A stretch of 64,000 nt of DNA from Paramoeba atlantica (lineage: Eukaryota > Protista > Discosea), in the NCBI GenBank assembly GCA_977017575.1, contig CDRNVI010000012.1, positions 62,001 through 126,000 on the forward strand, in the 5' to 3' direction. Positions within the stretch are counted from its first letter, which is position 1, and the number at the start of each line of letters is the position of its first letter. Positions 21,350 to 31,699 of the stretch are shown here, piece after piece. A program made the position numbers and the translations under genes. The notes under the pieces were generated by a model. It saw nothing but the letters and a program-made list of their open reading frames with translations, was not told the DNA's origin and ran no database searches.

Positions 21350-21889
21350 ATGTGTGCAAATGAGCGCGGATGAATAGTATTGTCGCTTTCCTTTTATTGT
21401 ACGCCTTATGAATCGTACATGCACTGGACCTGAGATATTTGACTACACAACTTATTGACTACGTACCTTTATACTGTATTCTTTTTTAAACATGTCTGCA
21501 GTACACGCCGAAATTAATTCCTACTTCAGCTATTTTCTGGGACTCGTCATCACATCTCTTTGTATTGTTGCTCCACTTGTGTGGAATGCGCTGCGATCTA
21601 GAGGAATTCTTCGGACCCGCATTCCTTTACCTCTTCGGTGATGCCATGAGGAGCGGATAAACGACGTTTCGCATTCGAATGTTGGCGAATCGGCCTTTTT
21701 GCTAAACGGTATTGGAATGGTTCCCTGTCTGCGGTTCTCTTTTCGCCATCAAATTCAGGATCTGGTAACAAAACATATTCACGTCTTTGTATTTCTTTTA
21801 AAATTCAAAAAAGGAACTTTGGTTATTTACTATCACCGCAGTATATCTCGACGTTTACTATTTGCTATCTAACAGAAACCCTCTAGCTT

Positions 21890-22620
21890 AATCCTTCTTA
21901 TTCGTACCTTTCCACCTACGATGATATGTGATGACTCCATTTGGTCCATCATTGGACTCGGAAAAGACTCCTTCTGTTCCTACAAAGTCAAAACCAACAC
22001 GGGCACCACACTCTGTCGCAACCCCTACAATGTCACCGGGACCTGCTCCCGGTTGTTCTGCCCCCTGGCAAACGCCCAGTACGCCACGGTGCTGGAATTT
22101 GATAAAAAGTTATATCTCTATATGAAGACTGCCGAGAGGGCGCACACCCCACTCTACCTGTGGGAAAAGATTGAACTCCCCTCTGACTTTCGCGAGGCGC
22201 TGCGACAAATCGACTCCCATTTAATCTGGTGGGACAAATCCCTGCGGCTCAAGTGTAAACAACGAGCGCTGCGACTCACCCAAATGCTCATTCATCAGCG
22301 TAAGGCGGAGGCCATGGAGGAGGGCACGGAGTGGGTGAGGGTGCATAAAAAGGAAGAACGACGTCTCCAGGCTCGAGAGCGCAAGGCGGGTCGCGCGCTC
22401 AAGTCGGATCAAGCGATTCGTACCGAGCTGTTGAAACGGTTACAGGAGGGGCACTACGATACCATTGTGAACTGCGACACTGAAGCTTTTGAGAAGCTAA
22501 TCCAGGAGGAGGAAGAGGCGGAGCACCAGAAGGCAATGGAGGCCCTCGAGGACAGGGAAGATGCTGAGGGTAGGTATGTCGTTGACCAAGATTGGTGCGA
22601 AGAGGATGAAATGGAACTTG
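21890..22620. other. C-rich to G-rich skew-flip island, moderate (flip about 22250)
   Basis: C-ending codons 21960-22200, G-rich 22300-22620. Confidence 0.55.
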
Positions 22621-22823
22621 ACGCGTTGCAGCGTACCACGGGAGGGGACATTGAGGATCTTATTGAGAACCCAAAGAATAGAAAGGCCACTAAGAGTACT
22701 GGAAAGAAACGTTCATCTCCCTCTGATCGACCAACTCCTACTAAGCGCGAAAGGGTCGTCGTAAGACAGGAAATGGAATTTGAGACAGAGGAGGATCAAC
22801 CAGCGGAATCGCAGCTTGCGTAG
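21921..22823 (+). CDS. MAK16: 60S biogenesis factor Mak16
   Basis: FCSYKVKT...CRNPYNVTGTCSRLFCPLANAQYATV, LYMKTAERAHTP, KCKQRALRLTQ. Confidence 0.9.
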   Translation: MICDDSIWSIIGLGKDSFCSYKVKTNTGTTLCRNPYNVTGTCSRLFCPLANAQYATVLEFDKKLYLYMKTAERAHTPLYLWEKIELPSDFREALRQIDSHLIWWDKSLRLKCKQRALRLTQMLIHQRKAEAMEEGTEWVRVHKKEERRLQARERKAGRALKSDQAIRTELLKRLQEGHYDTIVNCDTEAFEKLIQEEEEAEHQKAMEALEDREDAEGRYVVDQDWCEEDEMELDALQRTTGGDIEDLIENPKNRKATKSTGKKRSSPSDRPTPTKRERVVVRQEMEFETEEDQPAESQLA

Positions 22824-22841
22824 AGAGAGAGAGAGAGAGAG
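22822..22841. repeat. (AG)n microsatellite at the MAK16 stop
   Basis: TAGAGAGAGAGAGAGAGAGAG. Confidence 0.85.
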
Positions 22842-23106
22842 TGTTGGACTTCTTGTAGCAGATGAAGTGACGTGTTGGGTCATACAACGGCAGTAATGCG
22901 GAGCGAAAAAATACGTTGAGAAGTAGAAAAGCTCAAATACGTTGAGAGTATGCATCATTTATTACCCATTTCTACTGCTCTAAACTAAAATGCAGCAAAA
23001 CAATCTTACAGATAATACACAGTGTCCTCCATTTTTGTTTTTTCCGTGGCACTTGTGTACACAATCTCTTAAAAATAAATGATTATAACTTGCACATAGC
23101 TTATAG

Positions 23107-24225
23107 ATGTCCTTTCACAGATTACTCTTCTCCAATTTATCGCGTCGTCATCATCCCACCCCTTTTTTCTCACTCAACCGCTTCCGCAGTCAAACTTCAT
23201 CTCGCAGCACTCATACATTACCACCCATGGCCACCAGTACAGAAATCCCTGTGTCGGATGCACAGGACTACTACTTTGACAGCTACGCATATTACGGAAT
23301 TCATGAAAGCATGCTAAAGGACACCGTTCGCACGCGGTCCTACCAGGAGGCTTTTTACCGCAACCCGCACTTGGTGGAAAACAAAGTTGTGCTGGATGTC
23401 GGTTGTGGTACGGGAATTCTAAGTCTCTTTGCCGCTCGATGTGGGGCTCGGAAAGTATATGCTGTCGAGTGCAGCAGTATAGCGGAGCAAGCCAGGGCAG
23501 TCGTAAAAGAGAACCAGCTGGAGAACATCATCACGGTAGTTCAGGGCAAACTGGAGGAGATAACACTCCCGGAAAAGGTAGACCTGATCGTCAGTGAATG
23601 GATGGGCTACTTTCTGCTCTACGAATCCATGATGAATTCCGTGCTCACCGCTCGAAATCGTTTCGGTGCCGAGAAGGTTCGTATCCTACCCGATCGAGCC
23701 ACGTTGTACCTTGCCGGGATCGAGGATCAGCACTACTGGGAACGCAAGACAACCTACTGGGAGGATATCTACGGTTTTAACTATCAATGTGTCCGCCGCC
23801 AAGCCATACTCGAGCCTCTTGTGGATGTCGTAAATAAGGAGCAGATTATTTCCAACGTATCCAAGCTCATCACTTTTGACTTAAACACTGTGGAGATTGC
23901 TGATCTCTCGTTCGAGGCTCCTTTTCAACTCACTTTTACCCGTGATGATATAATGCATGCGATCCAGGCCCATTTTGACACTCTGTTCTCTCTCCACGAC
24001 AGTGTGTTGCTAAGCACCTCACCCTATGGCACTTCTACTCACTGGAAGCAGACCGTGTTCTACCTGCAAGAGCCACTCCGTGTCTGTAAAGGAGAAGTAT
24101 TGCGTGGAACACTGTCTTGTCGCCCAAATGCGATGAATCATCGGGATCTTGATATTCAACTCTCCTTCGAGTTTCGCGGTAGACGTGACTCGTACAAGGT
24201 TTTACAAGATTATCGCTTGCGATAA
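23107..24225 (+). CDS. PRMT1: Type I protein arginine methyltransferase
   Basis: YYFDSY, VLDVGCGTGILS, IVSEWMGYFLLYE, THWKQTVFYL; second ATG at 23227. Confidence 0.92.
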   Translation: MSFHRLLFSNLSRRHHPTPFFSLNRFRSQTSSRSTHTLPPMATSTEIPVSDAQDYYFDSYAYYGIHESMLKDTVRTRSYQEAFYRNPHLVENKVVLDVGCGTGILSLFAARCGARKVYAVECSSIAEQARAVVKENQLENIITVVQGKLEEITLPEKVDLIVSEWMGYFLLYESMMNSVLTARNRFGAEKVRILPDRATLYLAGIEDQHYWERKTTYWEDIYGFNYQCVRRQAILEPLVDVVNKEQIISNVSKLITFDLNTVEIADLSFEAPFQLTFTRDDIMHAIQAHFDTLFSLHDSVLLSTSPYGTSTHWKQTVFYLQEPLRVCKGEVLRGTLSCRPNAMNHRDLDIQLSFEFRGRRDSYKVLQDYRLR

Positions 24226-24586
24226 TTACGCGAGAGGAACACGACGAGATAGTCCCTTTAGATTAAAAGAAATGCCTCTAAAGCACTACTGTTTTGGCAC
24301 TGGGCTGGAGTAGTGTAACGCACGTCCAAACATGCTTTGTTTTCTCTTTTCGGTACTAAAATCATTTTAGGAAAATGTTTATCTTATACTTCTCATCAGG
24401 CAACTGGTACTGACAACATACATGTAGAGTTTGTCAGATAGACTACTGAAGTCTTTCGAATATTTCAATATTTCAGATTATTGGTTCAAAATTTTTTACA
24501 GTGAAAGCGAATGGCGTAGTTGCGAGGTTGTCTGGGCAGAAAATCAACGCACACATGAAGAAAAAAGGTCTTTTACCACCAAAAAA

Positions 24587-24656
24587 GCATACCCCCCAGT
24601 AACAGAGATTTGGTTATTTTGGCCCAAAACCCATTCTATTACTGGGGGGTATACGG
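24587..24656. mobile_element. MITE end of the CCGTATACCCCCCAGTAA family forming a 14-bp internal hairpin
   Basis: ATACCCCCCAGTAA / TTACTGGGGGGTAT; ends ...ATACGG|TA; homologous to 60856-61150. Confidence 0.7.
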
Positions 24657-24699
24657 TATTCTGAGAATTGGGTGTTGAACGTTGGCACTAAAAATATTC

Positions 24700-26059
24700 T
24701 TTTTTTGACACATACTGTGTTCGATACGAAAACGTACACTGCGTTCGATAATCCAGTGGAAGCGCGAGTAGCCTCTGAGAGAATGCGAGATGAAACCTGC
24801 GATTTAACTTCCCATTCGAAGACAATCGCGGGTGGCAGTGGCACAACGCTTTTGGAATTAACATGAAATAATCCTGCCAAGAAAACAGTTACGGTTGATT
24901 TGCCGTTAGTTTCAGAAATTTTAAGAGTTTTCGTTCCAATTTGCGTAAGCGTAATACCACGTATTACGCTGTACGTATCACGTGGGATTACGTAATACCA
25001 CGTAATACACGTATTTCGCCATCCACACTCATCTCCAAAGGTTTCATCTCAAAAGAAGTCAGAGTATTTGCGAATGCTATGTTGTGCAAAGAGCTGACGG
25101 GACCATCCATGTATGCTCTGAGAAGTGTGTGTTGGCCAAACATAATGCATTCTGCCAAATCTCTGCCAAGTCCATCCAAACACATGCATGTATCTGATAC
25201 ATGTATCTGAAGTGTTGGTAGACACGTTCACGTCTCCGTTCCGTCACTTCTTACGGAAAATCTGAGTGTTTGTTTATTAGATCAAAGACGTGATCTTTTG
25301 AAATATGAAACATACCGTTTTGCAACGCCAGCAAATCCCTATGAACTAACTCCATAGTGCCCTGGCGCTCTGCGTTGAAGCCACGTTCTCTTTTCCTTGA
25401 CGCACCACCTCGATTCAAATGCTTCTGGTAATGTTGTATACCATTCTTTCGAATCCTTGTAATGGTGGGTAACGCAGTCCCATACTTTTTCGCAAGCTTT
25501 TTGTTTGAGCAAGAAGATTTACAAATTGAAACCTTCTCTTGCATTGTCAAACTACGCTGAGAAGTAGGATGAACTTCTGGAGCACTTGGAAGCGATGGTG
25601 CTGCTGGAACTGACGCGACAGAACAGTTGGCCAATAGACCAATACGGGGATGGGGCTCCTATATCCGTACCCAGCAAGTCAATTTTCTGGTTTGTGAATT
25701 AGGAGGATTTTCAGGGGGGGAGAGCAATGAAGGGGGTAGAATGGTGGGGTTGCCATTCTCTGCTGAAGATTCAGCTGAAGGTGGGGAGAGAAATGAAGGG
25801 GGTTGAATAGGGGGGTGCCACTCTCTGCTGAGGATTGAGCTGAAGGTGGAGAGAGAACCATAATGGAAAAAAACAAAGAATTTAAAAAGAACTAATTAAA
25901 CTACCTAATTAAACAAAACTAGCTATTACGTAGAGTAATGCGTGTGTACTTTAATTTACTACACTTAAAATGTAGTACGTACATTTTCCCAACTTTTATT
26001 ACGGGTTGTCAACTTCTTCTGGGTCGCAAACTTGTATCGCAGGTTGTCCACTTGCACGG
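24700..26059 (-). pseudogene. Degenerate pogo/Tigger-like (DDE_1) transposon
   Basis: CENP-B-type HTH (EKVSIC...KKLAKKYGTALPTITRIRKN), a DET codon run, KSTVTVFLAG...LPPAIVFE; candidate end TA|CCGTGCAAGTGG at 26059; about 70-bp tandem duplication 25710-25855. Confidence 0.55.
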
Positions 26060-26434
26060 TAGGACATTTTTAAAGGTACATGTGGAGTGAGGTATGTGGA
26101 GCGATATAGTATAATCTAATTAATATAGTATAATCTAATTAAAATTTTAATCTAATCATTATTTCACAAAAAGTGGTGGAAAATATCTACGGGCGGTACA
26201 GAATATGTAATATTACAATCGATAATAAAGATGAAACAAATTTCATGCCTAATGATGAGAATCTGCTAGGGACATTTGATAAAACATGAAAAATTATAAG
26301 CGAAAAGTAGTTCTACTACTATCTGAATTTGAAGCGGTTGACGCAAACCCGCTTTTTGGGAGGATTTTGCGTCACCTCAGTTCCGTTATAAAAGAATAGG
26401 GTTCGCATTTTTTCGGTTTAAACTTAAGCTACTA

Positions 26435-27280
26435 CTCCCTCTCTCATTAATTTTTATAAATGGATCTCGAGTTATAAAAATTTAGTTTATGCGGGATCAT
26501 TAATTTTTATAAATCAGAAATTTATCGAACGCTATTTCTTAATTTTTTTCTAAAACAAAGAATTTTCTGTTATTCTACTTAAGATGGATTATTTTGTGAA
26601 CGTGGATGGACGCGCTTCGAAGAAATTTCTTACAGAAAAGCGCAAATGGTTGATTTCTATACTGGAGGCATAGAAGGCATGTAATATCACTTACTTTCTT
26701 AAAGAAATGTTTCTTTTATGCGTTTTTAGATGTACCGTCACCCCCCCTCCCTTGACTTAGCCTGCCAAAAAGTCGAAAAAATAGAAAAAAGCGGATAAGT
26801 CGCCCAGCCGACTGCGGGCCTAATTTGTCCGAAGGAGCGTCTTCGTTGCTCGGTCGCAATCCTATGTCGTAATGCATACTGCACTGCCGGATCCCAGGAG
26901 TTCTTCCACGTAAATTCAACCAGGACAGGTGGAATCGGTCGGGATCGTAAATCTCTAGTTTCAACCCTCTCAGCTTCAGATATTAGATTGATTCGTGAAA
27001 AAATGCTCATGTAGGGGAAAAGACAATCTTTTTGGGGGGGATTTTCTTTCTGAGATGAAGATACTGATTTTTGTAAAACGCGATTCACTGAAAAAGCATG
27101 GGGAAGCATGGTCGGGACCTACTCGCGGTCTTCCCTGGCACTACCATCTTACAGATCGTACAACGCCGACCTTTTTTTGGAATAGCGGTCATTTATACGG
27201 GATCATTAATTTTTATAATTATAATTATAACTCACTTTTTGTTATAATTTATAATTTATAAAAATTAATGAGAGGGAGAG
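26435..27280. mobile_element. Stowaway/mariner-type MITE (846 bp), TA TSD
   Basis: 27-bp TIRs CTCCCTCTCTCATTAATTTTTATAAAT, 25/27 match; same family as 36393-38035. Confidence 0.85.
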
Positions 27281-27713
27281 TACTTACTCTAGCCTTTCTG
27301 AAATTTCTGACGTACGCTCCATGAGGTTATCACAGATGTCACCCTGTGGAGATTCGAAATCCTCATGGATATGGGGATCTTTATGTGTGTTTTCGAAATT
27401 TTAAAAGTGAGAAGGAAATACATCTCTCTTTATACGGAATTTAGAGGCAGTGCCGCGTTTTATTTTAGAAGATTGTTATTGCGGTAATAACATACATCAA
27501 TAAATATAACGGTAATAACACCGTTATCAATACCGTTCTAATACCGTATCAATATAAAACGGTCAATGTTATAACGGTGACAATATTATCTCTTGAGCTA
27601 AAAATATTACCTTTCGGGCCTGTCGGACAGAAAGTACCATTTATTTGTATTTAATATCAGTAAAGTATTAGTAATAAAGTCAAAAACGTTACATTTTTAT
27701 CCCGTCTCGCGAA

Positions 27714-29834
27714 ATGTTACGTCGTCTAGTTGCTCCTTCAGCTCTTGGCTGTATTTTTTTTCCTCGGGAAACTTTGAGATGGTATATGGCGCTCAACCCC
27801 ATAACTGGAAATATTTTCAAGTATAGAACGTGTATGGAGGAGCTCGGCGTCGCCGCCGAACAAAGAAAGTACGAAAGTCCGTATTGGTTGACAGCTAATC
27901 AGCTAAAAACTCTTGTTCAAGGCGGATACGATATTGCTTTGAAAGAAAATCAAACGCCAATTCAACTCGTACAAAAAAAGCGACCGAGGCGCAAATTCTC
28001 GGATGAGAACAGTACCGAAGAAGCAGAACCAGTTTCTGAAGAACCAGTTGAACCCACTATTAAAGAGTACTACAATGCGGAGCAAACCACAGACAGTTCT
28101 ATTATTGAGAAACACGGAAAGCTGGCCCCGCTCTATAAAAAATTCAAATTCGTACCTCGCAATGCCAAGACAAATAAGATGTACCCGTTTCCTGGTTGTA
28201 TGATACTTCGCGTACAACAGATCCGAAATCGGTATAGGAGCGGTCTATGGCTCGCAGAAAATCAAATTGAGAATGAATCTGACATTTCCCTAAAAGAGGA
28301 CAGCAAACCAGTAAAACTGACATTTATGAAAAAAGAAGAGGACGACAGCTTGACGCCTGTCGAAACTGTTGTCTACCATATCGATCAAACTACTGACGCC
28401 CGTCGTTTAAAAATAGCACACACTCGCAAGAAGAAAACGGCGTTTAGTGGTCTAACAGGGAAAGAATATGCGCAACACTGTCAAGAAGCCCTAGTTGATG
28501 TGGCTATTACGCAACCCAATTATAGTAAATACTGGGTAACAGCGGGTCAGATGTCCAAATTCATTCCCCCTCTCAAACTAAAACCTGATATGAAAGGGGT
28601 CCCATTGAAAATGACCGATCTTCGAACTGGAAACAAAGTAGACGTCATGGTGTACAACATTGCGCAACTCGAGAACCGCACCGTTGTCCAAACGCACATA
28701 AAAAAACTCCATGGCCACCCGATTCATTACACCATCCTCTTCATCGGGGGCTTACTCAACAACACCGAGGAGGAGCTTCGCGCGGTGCTCCAGCAGTACG
28801 GCAAAGTGGAGCGTATCCAAGTGAAAACAGGCTTCGCGTTTGCCTATTGCTACTCCAAGTCCGACGCGGAGAATATTGTCTCCAAGTGCTGCGGGATGTC
28901 GCTCGGGGAGGCGCAGAGCCTTCACGTGGAGCTCGCACGGACAAAGTCCCAGACCGCGTGTCGGTCCATGGTGGAGACCGGGAAGTGTGTGTTCGGGGAG
29001 AAGTGCAAGTACAGCCACGACCCGGAGGTGCTGACCCTACGCGGGGGCCGGCGCCGAGGGGGGGCAGAGGAGGAGGGCGGGGAGCGGGGGGGACGAGGGA
29101 GGGGTGGGGGGTGGGGGGAGAGCAGAGGCCGCGGGTGGGGCACTCGAGGAGGGGGAGGGGGAGGCTGGGGGGAAAGTAGAGGAGGGGGAGGCTGGGGGGA
29201 AAGTAGAGGAGGGGGGTGGGGGGCCCCGGGTGGTCGTGGAAGAGGCGGTGGATGGGGTTCGCAGGAGGGAGGCAGAGGGGGTGGATGGGGTTCGCAGGAG
29301 GGGGGCAGAGGGGGTGGATGGGGTTCGCAGGAAGGGGGTAGAGGGGGTGGATGGGGTTCGCAAGAGGGGGGAAGAGGGGGTGGATGGGGTTCCTCAGACC
29401 GTGGAAGAGGCGGCTGGGGATCCTCGGACCGTGGAAGAGGCGACTGGGGATCCTCCGAGGGTGGCCGAGGGGGTGGATGGGGGTCCTCAGGCGGTGGACG
29501 TGGCGGTGGATGGGGTCCCAGTGCCGGTGGAGGGAAACCTGACGGAGATGGAAGCGCTGCGGGCTGGGGAAAATCCACTCAAGGCGGAAATGCTGGGTGG
29601 GGGAAGACCGGTGAAGGAGGTGGATCGAGTGGAAACTCCGGATGGGGTAAATCAGCGCAAGGAAGTGCCACCGAAGGCTCCTCGGGATGGGGAAAATCTC
29701 CCGCGTCAGGCGGTAGTTCGAGTGGATCAGCGGGTTGGGGGAAGTCTTCTGAGGGCGCGAGCGGAACATCTTCGGGCGGTGGATGGGGGAAATCCGGCGC
29801 TTCAGCTTCTTCAGGAGGGTGGGGACGTCGATAA
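27714..29834 (+). CDS. Tc38/RBP38-like protein: three ArdC-N-like ssDNA-binding domains, RRM, CCCH finger, GWG/RGG tail; likely mitochondrial
   Basis: MLRR N-terminus; three repeats of N/S..T.+.Y...W....Q...Y(N/H)..Q; LFIGGL and TGFAFAY RNP motifs; CRSMVETGKCVFGEKCKYSH; more than 20 GWG motifs. Confidence 0.7.
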   Translation: MLRRLVAPSALGCIFFPRETLRWYMALNPITGNIFKYRTCMEELGVAAEQRKYESPYWLTANQLKTLVQGGYDIALKENQTPIQLVQKKRPRRKFSDENSTEEAEPVSEEPVEPTIKEYYNAEQTTDSSIIEKHGKLAPLYKKFKFVPRNAKTNKMYPFPGCMILRVQQIRNRYRSGLWLAENQIENESDISLKEDSKPVKLTFMKKEEDDSLTPVETVVYHIDQTTDARRLKIAHTRKKKTAFSGLTGKEYAQHCQEALVDVAITQPNYSKYWVTAGQMSKFIPPLKLKPDMKGVPLKMTDLRTGNKVDVMVYNIAQLENRTVVQTHIKKLHGHPIHYTILFIGGLLNNTEEELRAVLQQYGKVERIQVKTGFAFAYCYSKSDAENIVSKCCGMSLGEAQSLHVELARTKSQTACRSMVETGKCVFGEKCKYSHDPEVLTLRGGRRRGGAEEEGGERGGRGRGGGWGESRGRGWGTRGGGGGGWGESRGGGGWGESRGGGWGAPGGRGRGGGWGSQEGGRGGGWGSQEGGRGGGWGSQEGGRGGGWGSQEGGRGGGWGSSDRGRGGWGSSDRGRGDWGSSEGGRGGGWGSSGGGRGGGWGPSAGGGKPDGDGSAAGWGKSTQGGNAGWGKTGEGGGSSGNSGWGKSAQGSATEGSSGWGKSPASGGSSSGSAGWGKSSEGASGTSSGGGWGKSGASASSGGWGRR
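28680..29830. other. C-rich to G-rich skew-flip island (flip about 28850) containing 30-bp tandem repeats
   Basis: Short C-rich arm, long G-rich arm; GGTGGATGGGGTTCGCARGARGG units about 29247-29390. Confidence 0.6.
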
Positions 29835-30171
29835 GTCCTGAACTTTATTGTCGGTACGATGGATGGTACCGGCGTAGCAAATTCCGAAGCTCACATTGTA
29901 TATGTATTCTCTATTTAGTCCAAGACTTTTATGTTATAACCTTAAAGACGGTGCTCATAGATGGCACTCACGGCGAATTATGTAGACCAAAGAAGTATAA
30001 AAGGCTATAGCGTGGAGTAATGAGACCTTAGTATAACCGATGAGAAATATTACTTGCATGTAAAGTGACAGTCAAGTCACTATTCATGACTACTCCATGT
30101 TATTTCTAGTCCTCATTTTATGTAGATTAGTTAGGTGTATTACTAACTTAAAGTACCAAGTACTGTGTTAC

Positions 30172-31311
30172 ATGAAAGAATTTAGGGAGTATCTGATCAG
30201 TCTTCCATACGACACCAACTTATCCAACCCGTGTTCTACGCAATTTGAGCACATTTTCCATCAACTGCACCTTGCGAAGGAGGACGAATGCGCCCTGCTA
30301 AACCTGCCGACGCTTCGTGTGGGTACTCTGGATACCCTACTGGACGCCAGTGATGAGTTAGGCGTAGTCGACTGTGAGATAGAAGCCACACTACGTACTC
30401 TGTTACATCACGCGGAAGAAATCACCGGTAGTTCTCGCCACGAACTTGTGCGCGTTCGTTCTGACCTGACCTGTAAGGAATATATTACCCAGTTTTGCTG
30501 GGATGAATCTCGCTTCTGTCCGCGACAGTCTATAGGGTCTCTTCTGATGACGCTACGCTCTGAGGTACAGCAGGGCTACGAGCGCGTACGACAACAGTTG
30601 GCTGCGTACGATGAGCAGCTCAAGGCGTGGAACACCAAGAATGCGCAGCTTTCTGGTAACCTGAGCGTACGTCCTTTGGATAACACTATATCGTCATTTT
30701 ATGAAAAGGGGCATGACAGGGTGGAATCGGACTACCTCACAACCATTTTCGTAGTTCTACCTAACTCGGAGGCCTTAACGTGGGGAAAAGAGTATGATAC
30801 ACTAATACCTGCCGATTCAGTTCTGCCAGGATCCTCCGAACTCGTTGTATCGGACTCCGAGTACTCTCTCTTTTCGGTAATCTTGTTCCGCAAGTTTCTT
30901 ACCGAATTCAAAACAGTCTGTCGTGGTCGCAAGTGGGTTGTGCGAGATGTTAATTCCTCCATCGAATCAAAAGGTTTGTGTTCTACAAGTGAAGAATCGT
31001 ACAGTGCAATGGAAGAAAAGAAAGCAAGATTAATACAGATACTCACTACGACATTCTCCATGTGTTACGTGGCGTACGTACATCTCAAGATTACTCGTTG
31101 TTACGTAGAAAGCGTTTTGAAGTACGGGCTTCCGCCTGAATTTGTCATATTTTTCGTGCATGTGAGTTCGAAAAGGGAAGCTGACCTCCGCAAACACATG
31201 CAATCCTTGGCTCAGGGAGTAAATTTTGATGAAAAGCATGGTGACAATGATGCACTACAGACTGAATACCCGTATGTAAGCCTAAAAATGATAAATTTCT
31301 TGGCCAAATAG
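30172..31311 (+). CDS. VMA5: V-type ATPase subunit C
   Basis: LPTLRVGTLDTLLDASDEL, YITQFCWDESRF, GNLSVRPL, HLKITRCYVESVLKYGLPP, EYPYV. Confidence 0.85.
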   Translation: MKEFREYLISLPYDTNLSNPCSTQFEHIFHQLHLAKEDECALLNLPTLRVGTLDTLLDASDELGVVDCEIEATLRTLLHHAEEITGSSRHELVRVRSDLTCKEYITQFCWDESRFCPRQSIGSLLMTLRSEVQQGYERVRQQLAAYDEQLKAWNTKNAQLSGNLSVRPLDNTISSFYEKGHDRVESDYLTTIFVVLPNSEALTWGKEYDTLIPADSVLPGSSELVVSDSEYSLFSVILFRKFLTEFKTVCRGRKWVVRDVNSSIESKGLCSTSEESYSAMEEKKARLIQILTTTFSMCYVAYVHLKITRCYVESVLKYGLPPEFVIFFVHVSSKREADLRKHMQSLAQGVNFDEKHGDNDALQTEYPYVSLKMINFLAK

Positions 31312-31699
31312 AGTTTCAATTGGGCTTTATATTCCTTCTTTCATAGTACAGCCTTATTTCGGAATTGGAGAAATCCCTGAATTGGATAGTTTACGCGGAA
31401 GGTGCTGTAGCAGAGTCACACCTACTAGCTTACGTTAGGTTTTTCCTGGTCATTATACACCTATTGGTGTAATTGCACGCACCAAAAGGTACTCGTATAT
31501 TTAGAATTTATGCGCTAACTGATAATAAATGAAGTAAGAATGTGTTGTGCTCGTTCTACTTGTATTAGTAAAGCGTCCTTTATAAAGCGTCCTTATTTTT
31601 TGCTATCATTGCACTAGACTTGTTTCGATACAAGTTTTTATGTACATGGCTAGAGGAATAAATAGGTAGTATTCTTTCTTTTTCGGGTGAACTTTGATC

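Noticed and set aside
27480-27590. ACGGT/ACCGT-rich patch as a defined element
   Set aside because: Only short degenerate inverted motifs; no boundaries or second copy found
28756-29841. Long overlapping ORFs (28756-29769 minus, 28922-29578 minus, 29104-29841 plus)
   Set aside because: Shadow frames of a stop-poor G-rich repeat region; translations are low-complexity
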